Origin: Magallana gigas
Taxonomy: Eukaryota
NCBI RefSeq assembly: GCF_963853765.1
Contig: NC_088858.1
Coordinates: forward strand, 3,100,001 to 3,164,000
Length of the DNA: 64,000 bases
Direction: 5' to 3'
The position numbers were made by a program, and so were the translations under genes. Below the pieces are notes generated by a model. That model saw only the letters and a program-made list of their open reading frames with translations, had not been told where the DNA came from and searched no databases. Below, piece by piece: positions 1 to 13,600 of the stretch. Numbering within the stretch: the stretch's first letter is position 1; every line of letters begins with the position of its first letter.

Positions 1-1678
1 TTTATAATCATTCAACAAAAAAGTTGACTTTATTGTTAAAAGCAACATTCCAAGAGTTATTTATCCTGGATTATATTTTCATGCTCGTCGATCTCATCTC
101 AATAGTCTATGTGAAAACCAGTTTAAACCGGTTTTACAAAACAGCTGTTCTTGCTGTTACTTATCCACTCCCTCCGTGATCTGCACTTTATATCGATTTA
201 TTTAAGTAAACAATTGATTTCTTCAGTAAGGGAATGTAAATATAAGCATTAAATGATTTATTTTTGACGTCTTAATACGAGTAATTAAAGGGCTTTATGA
301 TAGACAAAAATTATAACCTTTAGTGTTATCTTGGAAAAAGATATTGGAAAATGGAAATACTTCATTTAGAATTGCTTGTAATCCATAGTATTACCATACT
401 TACTTGCTCAGAAGTAGAGAATAGCCGATTCAAGAGAATTGTTGTGAATGCATGTACCAGTCGTCTCCAGGAAGGACTATGGTCATGTGATTAGAATACC
501 TTTGTTATTTGCATAATTATTCAGTCTGTGTCTTTCTGCTGGTAATTTAAAAACCAGATTGAATAGAGAACCAAAGAAGGCATTTTGAAACTCCTATTAG
601 TTCAGCTAGTTTATATCTACTTTAGTGGATATTTTACACCGATTTCTCTAGATATGAAGGCTTTTGAAATAAAGCATTTGTTGGAATTTTGGACTCAAAG
701 CACATTTTATTGCAACGAAGTACCATCAATTACTGATAATTCACATGCTCTTTAAAATGTGGGGTATGTTTCCTGTGTTTAATAATGCAGGCTGTATATC
801 GTCTCTGGACTGGAACTTGTGTCCGTACTTTGCCATACTTTTTTCGATGTGTAATAAAAAATTTGCATATAAAGATAACATGCAAATTTTTTTTTTAAAA
901 ACTTCAACCCATCCATATTGGCACTACATTTCAGCAAAAACAGTGCATATATATAGTCTGAAATCAAATTTTGCAATACTTGAAACACATTGTAAGTTTA
1001 AGATGGTTAGATTAAATGCACCCAACTCAGAGGAATGAACACTGATTTACCTTTTTCTTCATATTTTTAAAGTATGTTTTGTCTATACCGGTAGATTTCA
1101 ATGATATACTTTTGAGAAATTCTGATACAACCAAATTCAGGAGTGAGATACCTTAATAAGGCTATTTCAAAAAGAAAAGCTATGAGCTGTTTTGTTTTGG
1201 GAATTGTTTGAATTATACCCGGCACTTTCCAGTATGTATTTAAAATATATATATATAACAAATACAGTATGTTTTTATAAATAATTGTCTGGAAAGAAAA
1301 GCGACCATATTATTTGCACTTCGATTGCTGAAGACACATTGTACTTGAGAAAAATTGATCATAAATCAATCTTTACTTCTTTAAAAATAGTAGTCAGGAA
1401 ATGATGCAAAATGTGCGCATGTGTCTATGGGAAGGTGGAGGAGAGGAGGATGAACTATAATCTATATTGCAGAAGTAAATAAATTTATTTTAAATTCCCT
1501 TAAAAGATCAAGTTCATCATTTTCTTCAAGAATTCTAAGTGGAATAAGAAGGATAATTGTTTGGGATAGCAATTGATGATGACATGAGAGGAAAATCTCT
1601 TTTGTGTAGCATTCGATGCAACAAAAAATGACAGAAATTCAAAACTGCTTGTTAAATGTATTGTTGTACTTTTTTCAG

Positions 1679-4600
1679 GCCTAAGCTGTCCACCACTCGA
1701 CAGAGAGAAAGCTATCCCAGAATTCCTGGAGTGGGTGAGGAAGCATGGAGTAGACATGAGCGCTGTGGAGATCACCAGTTTCCCTGACTGTGGGTATGGA
1801 CTGCAGGCCACCAAAGACCTCAAAGTAAGAATCGGAGAGATGGGTACTGTTTGTTCACCTTGAATATTTGGGTAAATTTTCATGTCAGAAATTATTTCAT
1901 TTGCACATGCCATCATTTGCAATTTAAGAAACTTTTTCATTGCATACAATACCAGACATAATTTCATTTAATTAGGTATATTGTTAATTACAATTCACCA
2001 ATAGTGTATGTCTGATTATTTCTGATTCGATTTTCTGACAATTTTTCCTGACCTGGCCACTTTGACATTGCAAAAGATAAAAAAAATACTACATAAAGGA
2101 AATATGCTTATAAAGTATTTGAGTTCCTATATGGGTGGTATATGTTATTTTTAGGAGACTGACCCGTTCCTGACAATACCAAGGAAGGTCATGATGACAA
2201 CAGGGACAGCCAAAGAATCACTGCTAGGTGAGAGTGTAATATTGTAAGGTGTGAGAGAGTAATATTGTAAGGTGAGAGTGTAATATTGCTAGGTGAGAGT
2301 GTGATATTGTAAGGTAACTGGTTACAACAGCAAGTTTTCTATATATACTCATTATAACAATAAACACATATCAATAACCATAATGAAGAGGACCGGTAAT
2401 TCAATTTAAATATCATTCATGGTTTCAGATAATAAAGAAATTCCTAACCAAGATATTGAATACTATAAAAGCAGAAATGATATGCTGTAATCATATATGC
2501 CAACTTTTGAAAATCTCCATGGGGGATTTTACGCGCAACATTTTCCTAGAAAGAAATTTCGCGACATTTTGTCGTGTAATTGCTTTGTATGTCTATTTAA
2601 CATTATATCCTAATGTGTTTATCAAACAATCTCCTCTTTCAAATGAAATCATAAATAAAGTTCATAACTTTATTTTCATATATTAAATCAATCTTTATTA
2701 AACCAATCTTTAAAATCTCAACAAACAATAAAAAGCATGGTATAGCAGTTCAAAAAGCACTAAGTTCTGCAACGCATTTGGCAAACAGGACCTCTGCTCT
2801 TGTGACATCTACAAAATAAAATGAATAATTCATAAATGCAATATTAAAAGGCATTTATGGGTCAAGTTGCTATAAAAAGTGAAAGAAAGTATTTATAATT
2901 GTTTCCTGACTTAAAATTCTTTATAGATATTATATATTAGCTTATTAAACAAATTTAGTTACCTTCATCTTGCTCCAATTTTGATTTCACAAAGAAGTTG
3001 GTAGCAGCAGGTGGCTTGATGTATGGCTGTTTTCATGTTCTTTGTAACATCATTCATTCCACCATGGCCTACCCTAAAATCCCTCAAAATAAAAATAAAC
3101 TAGAACTGTCCTAATGGGACTAATACCCCCGCAAGGCTAATTTCAAATGGGACAAAAATAAAGGTTTGGAACACATACAAAAAAAAAATTCTAGAATATT
3201 AAAAAAAAAATTAGTTAACAAAGAAAAATTAAAATCAAAATTGTCAGAATCTCACTGTAAATACATATCTATAACAGTAATACATTTACAAATGTATGTA
3301 TCTGATGATATATTTTTTTTTAAAAATTTAATTGATTTAAAGAAAAACCAACAAAATGACAATAACCCCTCCCTTTGCAGTAAATGGAAATACCGGTAGC
3401 CAAGCAATGCTCATCTGTTGATAAAACTTTCAATATCTTTCTAATAAGAGTCTTGACACATGCAATTAGTTGCTTCAAAATTTCCTCACTTTCTCCTATG
3501 GCACAATGGAACTCCATATCAGAAAATTGATCCCATAGGACTATGATTTTCTTTGATGAGCTTGTTAAATTTAATAAACTCCCAAAACATTACCATAATT
3601 ACCATACTATGTAAAAATATGTAAAAAAAAAAAAAAAATTAAATATTACAAACAATTTTAAAATTACCAAAACACTACAATCATATCAGTAAACAGTTTA
3701 ATAATAGCCCCAAAACCATCACCCATTTTACAGATTATCAATTTCCCCTAAACACATGCTCCATCTGAACCATGGCTCAGATAATGGCTCCCTTGGGACA
3801 AATGAATTCAGCCACACTTGTCTTTGATGTTCTTATTAGCTCCTAAGAATTAATCACTGACAAACAACAACTTTGCATTGTCAGTTGATAGAATACTTAT
3901 AAAAGAATATTTTTTTTTTATTAATTAAGACATAAAGACAAAAAATCTCCATCTGGATGTATTTATATAAATATATTTTAGAGTGTTTTCTATTAATTAA
4001 TTAATAAAATCTGTAAGGATTACCTCCCTTACTTTTCAACATTAGTGTACAATATATAGAATAAGGAAAATGAAAACTGTCATAAAATCATTAAATCTTG
4101 TCTGATCTTAAAAAAAATTCCAGGTGCACATCTTCAGATGGTGTTCAACATATGTACAAATTTTCAAACTGTTCCATGCAGTAATAAAAAATTCTATAGG
4201 GGGGACAAAGTTGCGTCTACAGACAGACGGACAGACAGACAGACGGACAGGGTGAAACCAATATACCCCCCTAAACTTCGTTTGCGGGGGTATAAAAATT
4301 GTTACTCATAAAGTTTAACATATCTATTCTTCTTGTAGATAATGTATTAGCTCTCAATCTCTCCTAGTGTCATGTGGGGTAACTAGAATTACCGGAATAC
4401 CCGCGATTTACCGAAATGCCCGGTGAAAACACCGAAATACCCTTCAAAAACACCAAAATGCTTCATTTGAGCACAAATATTTAACATCATAGTTTGAATC
4501 TAAGTGTTTAAATATATTTCCCAAATTTTCAGTTTGATAATGTAAGTATTTTGACATAAATAGCGATTTTTAACGTGTAGACATTGGGTCAAGAACGATA

Positions 4601-7600
4601 ACTCTTGCATGAATTGCTTTCACTCGAATAGAGGTGTGACATTTTATTCCCCAGAATAAAATAACTAAGAATTAAAAATACAGTTCATCAGCTTTTATTT
4701 TCTAATATCATATAATAATTTTACATGATTATACTATAAATATTCCTTTCTCTACCATAATTGCTCCTTTCGCTTGCACACGCATATAACACAAGTTCAA
4801 GTATCATAATGAATATACATGTCATCAAAAATCCATATAGAGTGGAAGCAACTATAAAAATAGCAACTATTTTAAAGACGTAATTCCTATCAGAATTGCC
4901 CCTTTCTCTTGCACATGTACATAATACAAGTAGCATAATAAATATACATGTCATCAAAAATCCATATAGAGTGGAAGCAAATATAAAAATAGCAACTATT
5001 GTAAAGACGTAAGTTCACATCATTTTAGAAAAAAATATCAAAAATGAGTAAGCATGGTGGCAGAACAGGATGCATTGAAATAAGGAAAAGAAAGTTCAAT
5101 GACTGGACATCACTCAAAAATAATTATTTAATGTACGAGAGTCGATTTCTACCCATTAAATGGGCACCTCAACAATAAGGTACGGCGTTCGCACTGAAGT
5201 ATCATTAAATAATTAAGATTTGTGTTTTTTAATTGTCTGGGTCCTTTCATTGACCTTCCTTTTCCTTTGACCTAATTTTTTCCCCAATGACCGTGGCTTG
5301 ACAATGGTCGTAAGTCCGTCTGTTGATGTCACAGTTTTTTGTCTTTAGGCCTGAAACTACGCAAACGTTTGTAGTGTCGGTCCCGTTCGTCTGTTGTTTT
5401 TGAAGCCCATACTGTTTTAGACATTTGGAATTGCTGGTGAGAATCTGTCCGATCGACACCAGCGCCCGTCGCATGCCCTTGTACTGAGCCTCAATTAATG
5501 AGGTCAGTATGTCAACCAAGTCAAGGAGAGGTTTTGACTTCCAGTCAATGGCCTGTTTGAGAACGTGGTTTAGGGATTCCGAATTATTATTTGTCCAAAC
5601 ATTTTCAATTAAACCTGAAGATAATGGTTTTTGAACTTTGTTTTTTAGATTTGGTTTGCGTTTCTTTTCAATTACAGTAATTGTGTTCATTGACCGCTAA
5701 AGAGATATATAGAGATATATCAGAAGTTGTTAGATATCTGTATTTGTGTGCTGGATATTAGTAGGTTGAAGATATCTGTTTATCTTTGATAGATGTAAGT
5801 AGTTTGTAGATATCTGTATCTGTATTTCTGTTATAGATATTTTTGCTTGTGTTATCTGTATTTTGATAGAAGATGTTAGTATTTATTTCTGTTGTAAATA
5901 TTAGTATGTTTTAGATATCTGTATTTCTGTTATAAATATCAGTATGTTATAGATATTTATTTCTGTTGCAGATATCAGTACTTTTGTTGCAGATAACTGT
6001 ATGTTGTAGATATCCATAATTCTGTTGTAAATATACATGTAAGTAGGTTGCAGATATCTGTGTTTCTGTTGTAGGACCCCTGATAGAGGAGGACCAGATC
6101 CTACAAGCCATGCCTAGCGTGGTTCTTGCTCTCCACGTCCTCTGTGAGAGACGACAGCCCGACTCCTTCTGGGAACCATACATTAGTATCCTTTCTTCAA
6201 TGATTATCTGAAAGCATATTTTCATAATAATGAGCTCCATTATGAAAGAATCTAACTGTTCGGTCTTCCTGAATTTTGCTCAGTTGATGGGCCTAAAATG
6301 AGAATTTGTTTGCAGTTGCCTTTGCAACTGACCTACTTAAAAAACCTCAATATTTAAGTTTTGAATTTTTTTTATGTTAAAGTTTCCAAATATATATCAA
6401 AAAATCTGTTTTGGATTTTTGAGTCGGCTCGCGAAGCGAGAAGACCCTTGCTGTTACCGGCAAGCTCGGATTTTGAGCACAACCGTGTTATAATCTTGCG
6501 CGAATGCAGATAGTTCTCATATTCTTACCCGTTTTATTATGAATAAAAGGTGTTATGAATGTCTTTTCTTTTAATATTCCATTCTTTAAATATCAATCGT
6601 TTTATAACTTCATGAAGACTCGTGTTATAAACCTTCCATTAATCACATTTCGGATATTTAAATGAATTAACGTATTCGCGCGTACGAATACATTGTTTAT
6701 GAACGACTTGTCTACTTACAAAATACCACGTGACATTTTTGCGGGAAAAATAGCGTGTGTTTACAGAAGAGTTGGAAGACGAGTACGAGTGTAACGAAAG
6801 CAACCTGAAGAAGTAGAAATAGACACATCGTAAGTTCTGAATTTTTGCATATTCTTATAGATGCTCAATTATTGTGTTATTTAAGGAGGAATCTCGTATG
6901 TTTAGAAAATCTTTTCCTGTTTTCTTTATAGCATGCAATGTAAACAAACGGGGGTTAATGATCCGTTAATCCAGATTGGCTATTTATAATAATCCGTCAT
7001 AAATAGGGAACGCTAACTTCAAACTGTAGTTAATTTACGTGATGACAATTAATTACTGCAGAAATTGCCGTAAATAATTCAGATTTGGTGTTTGCTCGAA
7101 ATAAAAAAGGAAAACAATAGCGTTTGAATCTTGTAAAATTAAGCACAAAAATATATTAAAGACTTTGTGTGTTTACATTGTGTTGAATTCTAAAGGAAAT
7201 TTTACTTGATATTGTTTGAATTACTTTGATTTTGTGCGAAACTTGTCATTTATATGATCTTGGAGATGATGTAAAATTGAATGCATTTATTGCTTTGACT
7301 TGGAAAAAACCCATATAATTGCTTGGAGATTGATCTTGGAGTTGATGAGATGACAAAAGTTGCTTGGAGATATATTATATTGTCTTTGGAGTGAACATTA
7401 TACAAGTTACATAATATTGAAATATAAAAATATCAAACAATGGGCATCGACTTGGAGACTTGGAGATCAAGAATTGGGACCCATTTTAGTTATTTAAGAA
7501 AGAAATCTTATCTCAGTTCTTTGTTTTCATCAAAGTGGATAAAATTTGATGTCAAAAAATATTTACTACTATGTTCAATATTATTGGTTTTGTGTGGTGA

Positions 7601-10600
7601 TGTTGAAGAAAATCCTGGTCCGCCACTTAATTTTCCAATTAGAGGTAAAATACACCAAGGTGATGATATATTCAGTTTAGATTCCCGTGGAAGACAATGT
7701 GTGTCATGTTGCTTGAGTTTTTTCTTGAATGTAATGATAAAGCCACTGAATTCAAAGACCTGGTGTTCTGATGATTTGGATACAGTGCTATACATTGGTG
7801 ATTACATTTACAGACATTCAAAAAAGCATATGAAACACCATGAAGAATATTTACTAGTAAACGATTTGCCAAATTATGTCACTATTGAAACCAATGCATT
7901 TTCTTGGACAAAACGTAAAACATATTTTGGAAATATTTCACCCAGTTTTGCTGCTGAATACCCTTTACTGCGTTTAGAGTTTGCACTCTCCATGTGTCTA
8001 TCAATTGACACCTTTGCGATCTTTGTTTGTAAAGGCAATGCTTTGGGAATTTCTCATTTTGAAGACCAATTTGTTGTCTTTGATTCTCATTGTAGGAATG
8101 AACAGGGTTTTTGTTGCAGTGAAGGTGCTAGTATATTAGTAAAAAAAGCAAATGTTTCTGAAATATGTGATCACATTAGATCCCTTTTCAAATCTTTTAC
8201 ATCTGATGGTACTAAGCAATTAAATGAACAATTTGAATTACATGGATTAGTCATTAGAAAAATAGCCATGACATCAATATCTAGATATAAAAGCAATGGA
8301 ATTGCAGTTTGCACCATACCAAGTGATGTCTTTCATGACACAACTCAAGAAATACTATTAGATAATGTATCATGTAGTTCTAACAACTTTAAACCCAAGA
8401 GTTCAAATAGATTTACCTTAGTAGATTTACCATTTGGGGACATTTCAGATAGTAACATTCTTAGAAAAAGAAAACGGGAAGGTCTAAAAGCATCTAGTAC
8501 ATTTGACACAAAAAGAAAAAAGAGTAATGATGAAACAGATGTGTTAATTGAAAAATTCCATAATTTGACATCAAAGGGACCAGAATATGTGTGTACTTCA
8601 TGTTGTCAAATATTTTTTAGACATTCTGTAATAATCATGAAAACTAAGAATTTCAAAGCATGTCTGATAAAGGATTGTGTAAAGGGCATCAAAAGTGTCA
8701 GTGGCATTGAATATATTTGTTATCAGTGTAATAATTATCTCAAGAATAGTGAAGTACCACCTTGCTCCATTGGTAATAATATGAGCTTCCCAGATGTTCC
8801 AGATGAGTTGAAAAACCTCACACAGCTAGAACAGCTGTTGATATCTCCTAGAATCCCCTTTATGAAAATAAGAGAATTACCAAGGGGTGGTCAATTAGGC
8901 ATCAAAGGCAATGTTGTTAATGTTCCTGCAGATGTAAACAAAACAGTTAGATTGATTCCAAGAAACATGAGTGAGAGTGAGACTATACCTGTTAAATTTA
9001 AAAGAAGCCTTAATTTTAAAAGTCATTTAGCATTTGAACAAGTACGGCCAGAAAAAATTCTAAAAGCTGCTAAATGGTTGGTAAATCATAGCAACCTTTT
9101 TCAAAATGAAGGAATAAGTGTTAATGAAGATTGGATGGTTGAATCTCAATTTGAAAATCCTTTTGTGCAGGAGAATGAGCATAATTTTTGTGATGAAAAT
9201 AATGAAACATTTCCTCAAAGTGATATTGAAGGGGATCAGAACAATGAATTAGAGGCAGGAAATTTGGACACACTTTTACATCCTGCAGACTTTAGAGAGT
9301 TTAATAGAATACTAAGTCTTGCCCCAGCAGAGGGAAACACACCTCTTAGTATGTTTCAAGACAAGTTTTCAGAATTCCTCTGTTTTCCTGGTTTATATTG
9401 TGGCCAACCTAGGGAGGATAACAACAAAAGGATTACACCTGTGCATTACAGTACCATTTGTAAATGGGAACTACGAAATGTTGACCGAAGAGTAGCACAA
9501 AATGTAACGAACATCTTTTACAAGCTGAAAAGAGTACAAATAAAACAAATTACTGACAAAGTGACATTGGCTATGAGAAAGTGTAAACTAAAAGGTAAGA
9601 AAGTCACAGTTGGTGAAATGCTTTCCGATGACAGTGTGAACAAAATTTTAAAATTGGATCAAGGTTACAAAATATTAAGAACACTTCGTGGGTCACCACC
9701 ATACTGGGAACGTGCCAAAAAAGATATTTTTGCCATGATACGGCAGCTTGGTGTACCAACTTGGTTTTGTTCTTTTTCATCTGCAGAAACAAAATGGTTA
9801 CCACTATTACATTGCCTAGGCAAACTTATTGATATGAAAGATTATTCTGATGAAGAGTTGTTGAATATGCCTTGGGCAGAAAAGTGTAGACTCATAAAAT
9901 CTGATCCAGTAACTTGTTCTCGATATTTTCACCATAAAGTGCAGGTATTTCTCAACACAGTATTGAATAGCAGTATTAACCCTGTAGGGAAAGTAAAAGA
10001 TTATTTTTTCCGTGTTGAGTTTCAGCAAAGAGGTTCTCCTCACATACACATGTTGATATGGATTGAAAATGCGCCATCAGTTCTTGCAGACAGTTTTGAA
10101 GATGTTGCTGATTTCATAGACAGATATGTTACTTGTAAACAAAACAATGACATAAAGGAACTAATTAATTATCAGACGCATAGACATGCCCACACATGTT
10201 TGAAAAAAGGTAACAAAATTTGCAGATTTGGTTTTCCTTTGCCCCCACTGCATAAAACCATGATTTTGCAAGGATTGAAAAAGAATTCAAATGAATTCTT
10301 AGAAGCTCAAAAGAATTACTTGAAAATTGAAACTTTATTAGATGAAATGAAATTGGGAACAGAATTGCCAGTAAAATTTGATGACTTTTTGATATCTTTA
10401 GATTTAACATTGACTGATTATATAACAGCTTTAAGATCAAGTGTTAAAGAAGGGCAATGTAAAGTTTTTTTAAGGAGAAATACATCAGAAATAAGAGTCA
10501 ATAGTTACAATGATACACTACTGAAATGTTGGGAAGCAAATATGGATCTGCAGTATATCCTTGATCCATATGCCTGTGCAGCATATATTGTGTCTTACAT

Positions 10601-13600
10601 ATCAAAAGGACAACGAGGTATGTCAAACTTACTTAGACGTGCTTGTGAGGAGGCAAAAGAAAGCGATAGTGATATAAGGCAACAAGTAAGAAAGGTTGGC
10701 AATGTTTTTCTGAATCATATTGAAATTGGGGCTCAAGAAGCTGCCTACATTCTCTTGCAAATGCCTTTAAGAAAAGCAACTAGAGAATTCATTTTCATTA
10801 ATACTAATGTAGAAGATGAGAGGGTAGTTTTGATAAAACCCACTTCTATTTTAAATGAAATGCCTCAAAATTCTACGTCCATAGAGGCTGATAACAATTT
10901 GAAAAGATACCAAAGACGTCCATTCACTATGGAAAAGTACTGTTTAGCTGAATATATTGCTTGCTTTAATGTTATTTTCTCGAAATGTAAGGAAAGACAG
11001 GATGAAAAGGAAGGTGAATTGCTCGAAGATAATTATGATCTAGACAATGTTGATAATCCTCATGAAACTGATGAGAGCAACATTGATAATTTTGATGAAG
11101 TTCATTTTGCAAAGGATGGCTCTATCTTGCGAAGGAGGAAAGTTGAGCGCATAATCTATTCTGTGGGATTTAACAAAGATCATGATAAGGAAAATTATTA
11201 TAGGGAATTGCTAATGCTCTATATTCCTTGGAGAAATGAAAATACCATAATTGGAGAGAGTAACTCCTATGAAGAAAGATGCTATATCTGTCAAAATACT
11301 ATTCAAAATGTAAGAAAAAAATTTTTCCAATCCAATACTGTGGATCTATATGAGATTGAAAGAGAAATTCGCTATGATGAGGAAAGTCATTCAACAATAG
11401 TAACAGAAATGCAAAACAAGGAAGATAAAGATACCTGTGATGGTGCAAGAAGTGCAAAAGAGTATGGCTGTTTTAACCCTGATGTAAATGGTGAAGAAAA
11501 CTATGATCTAGGATTGGATTTTGGCATAGGGAGAAAACAAGTTTCTAATTGTGATGAGCAATTAAGTGGTGAAATGTTAGATTCAGAGTATAGGGAATTA
11601 GTCCAGTCTCTCAATCAGAAACAGATGGAATTTTTTTACCATGTTCTTCATTTAGTTAAAACTACAAATGATCCAATTTACAACTTTTTGTCGGGAGGTG
11701 CAGGAGTAGGAAAAAGTGTGCTTTTGAAAGCTTTGTATCAAGCTTTGATTAAGTTTTATTCTCGAAAAGCAGGCGAAAATCCAGATGATTGTTCTGTATT
11801 GGTTTGTGCACCAACAGGAAAAGCAGCATACAATGTTGGGGGGTTAACGATTCATTCAGCTTTCAATATTCCTGCTGACCAAGGCTTCAAGTTTAAACCA
11901 CTAGACATGCAGCAATTATGTTCTTACCAGGCAAAATATAAGTCTCTTAAGATGATTTTTATTGACGAGATTTCAATGGTTGGAAAAAGAATGTTTAACT
12001 TTATCAATTTGAGGCTTCAAGAGATCATGGGATCTTTGATACCATTCGGTGGAGTGTCTGTTATCGCTTTTGGAGATTTATTTCAATTAAAACCGGTAAG
12101 GGATGCCTGGATATTTTCTTCTGGTTACAGTTCTGGTAATGAACTTGAAATTTTAGGCCCAAATTTGTGGCAAGATCTATTCTCATTGTTTGAACTGACT
12201 GAAATAATGAGACAAAAAGATGATCTACGGTTTGCTCAGCTTTTGAATAGGCTAAGGGAAGGAAATCAATCACCTGAAGATTTAAAATTACTAAAAGAAA
12301 GAGAGATAGATTGTGAAAATAACATCACATTGAAAATACCACATCTGTATACAACAAGGAAAGAGGTAGCTGAATTCAATGCAACAGTGTTTGAAGGTGC
12401 ATTCATGGGAAGGAAAACAACTGTAGAAGCTATTGATTCAATAGCAGGAGACTTGTCCTCTGAAATCAAAGAAAAGATATTATCAAAAATACCATTAGAT
12501 AGTTCAAAAACTAAGGGTTTGTCAAAGTTTCTAAATCTTGCTGAGGATTTGCCTGGGGAGTTAAGTATAAATGTTGATGTCAGTGATGGACTAACAAATG
12601 GAACACCATGTATTATAAAAAAGCTTGATTACAGAGTTTATGCATCTAAAAGATGTAGCATTGTTTGGGTTCTCTTTACCAGTTCAGATATTGGTAAAAA
12701 ATGTAGAGTGCAATTTTCTCATTTGTATAACAGTGACATACATTTGCTATGGACTCCTATTCTTGAAGTTACAAGAAAATTCCAATACAATTATTACAAT
12801 TCCTTCCAAATTACTAGGCGCCAATTTCCAGTTGCTTTGGCATCTGCTAAAACTGTGCATAAAGCTCAGGGTTGTACTCTTTCCAGTGCAGTTGTCCACT
12901 TGGGATCCAAAAAACTTGATCATATGTATTATGTAGCATTAAGTCGTGTACAAAATTTATCCTCCTTGTATTTGTTAAAATTTTTGGATGAAAATATAAA
13001 GGTTTCAAGTGCTGTAGAAGAAGAAATGTGTAGACTAAGACATAGTGCCAATGTCCAGTTATCAGTACCAGTTTTTTATGATGTAACTAAATTTCAGATA
13101 ATTTATCACAATGTTCGATCCTTGCACAAGCATGTTGAAGATGTAAAGAGGGATGTTCTTTTTAAAAATGCAAATATTCTTGCTTTTTCTGAAACTCGTT
13201 TAACAGAGACAGATATTTCTGCTTTGTATGAAATCGATGGCTACAACTTGCATAGATATGATGAAAAAAAAGATGATATTAATGATAGGCCTTATCATGG
13301 ACTTGCAGTATATTACAAACACTCCATGACTTTCAAAAATTTAGCATTCTTTGGAGTAGACATTGTACTTGGGAACTTGCTTTATAAAAACAGAAAAATA
13401 ATTTTATGTTTTCTATATTGTTCACCAAAAATTTCTGCAATGCACATTTTCAAAAAAGTATTCGAAAAACTATCAAAAGAGTGTGATTATTTTCAGATTC
13501 CCACAATAATAATGGGTGATTTTAATTACAGTGTAGAAACTTTGAGTGATTTTGTTTACAAGAAGTATTTGTTAAGGCAGGTTATTAACGAGCGCACAAC

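Noticed and set aside
380-1480. Missing 5' exons of SETD3 or exons of another gene
   Set aside because: Short open stretches (~400-500, ~745-860) lack SETD3 N-terminal similarity and consistent splice and frame support.
4376-4445. Possible MULE-like terminal repeat GGGGTAACTAGAATTACCGG...
   Set aside because: No matching inverted end or TSD found in the window.
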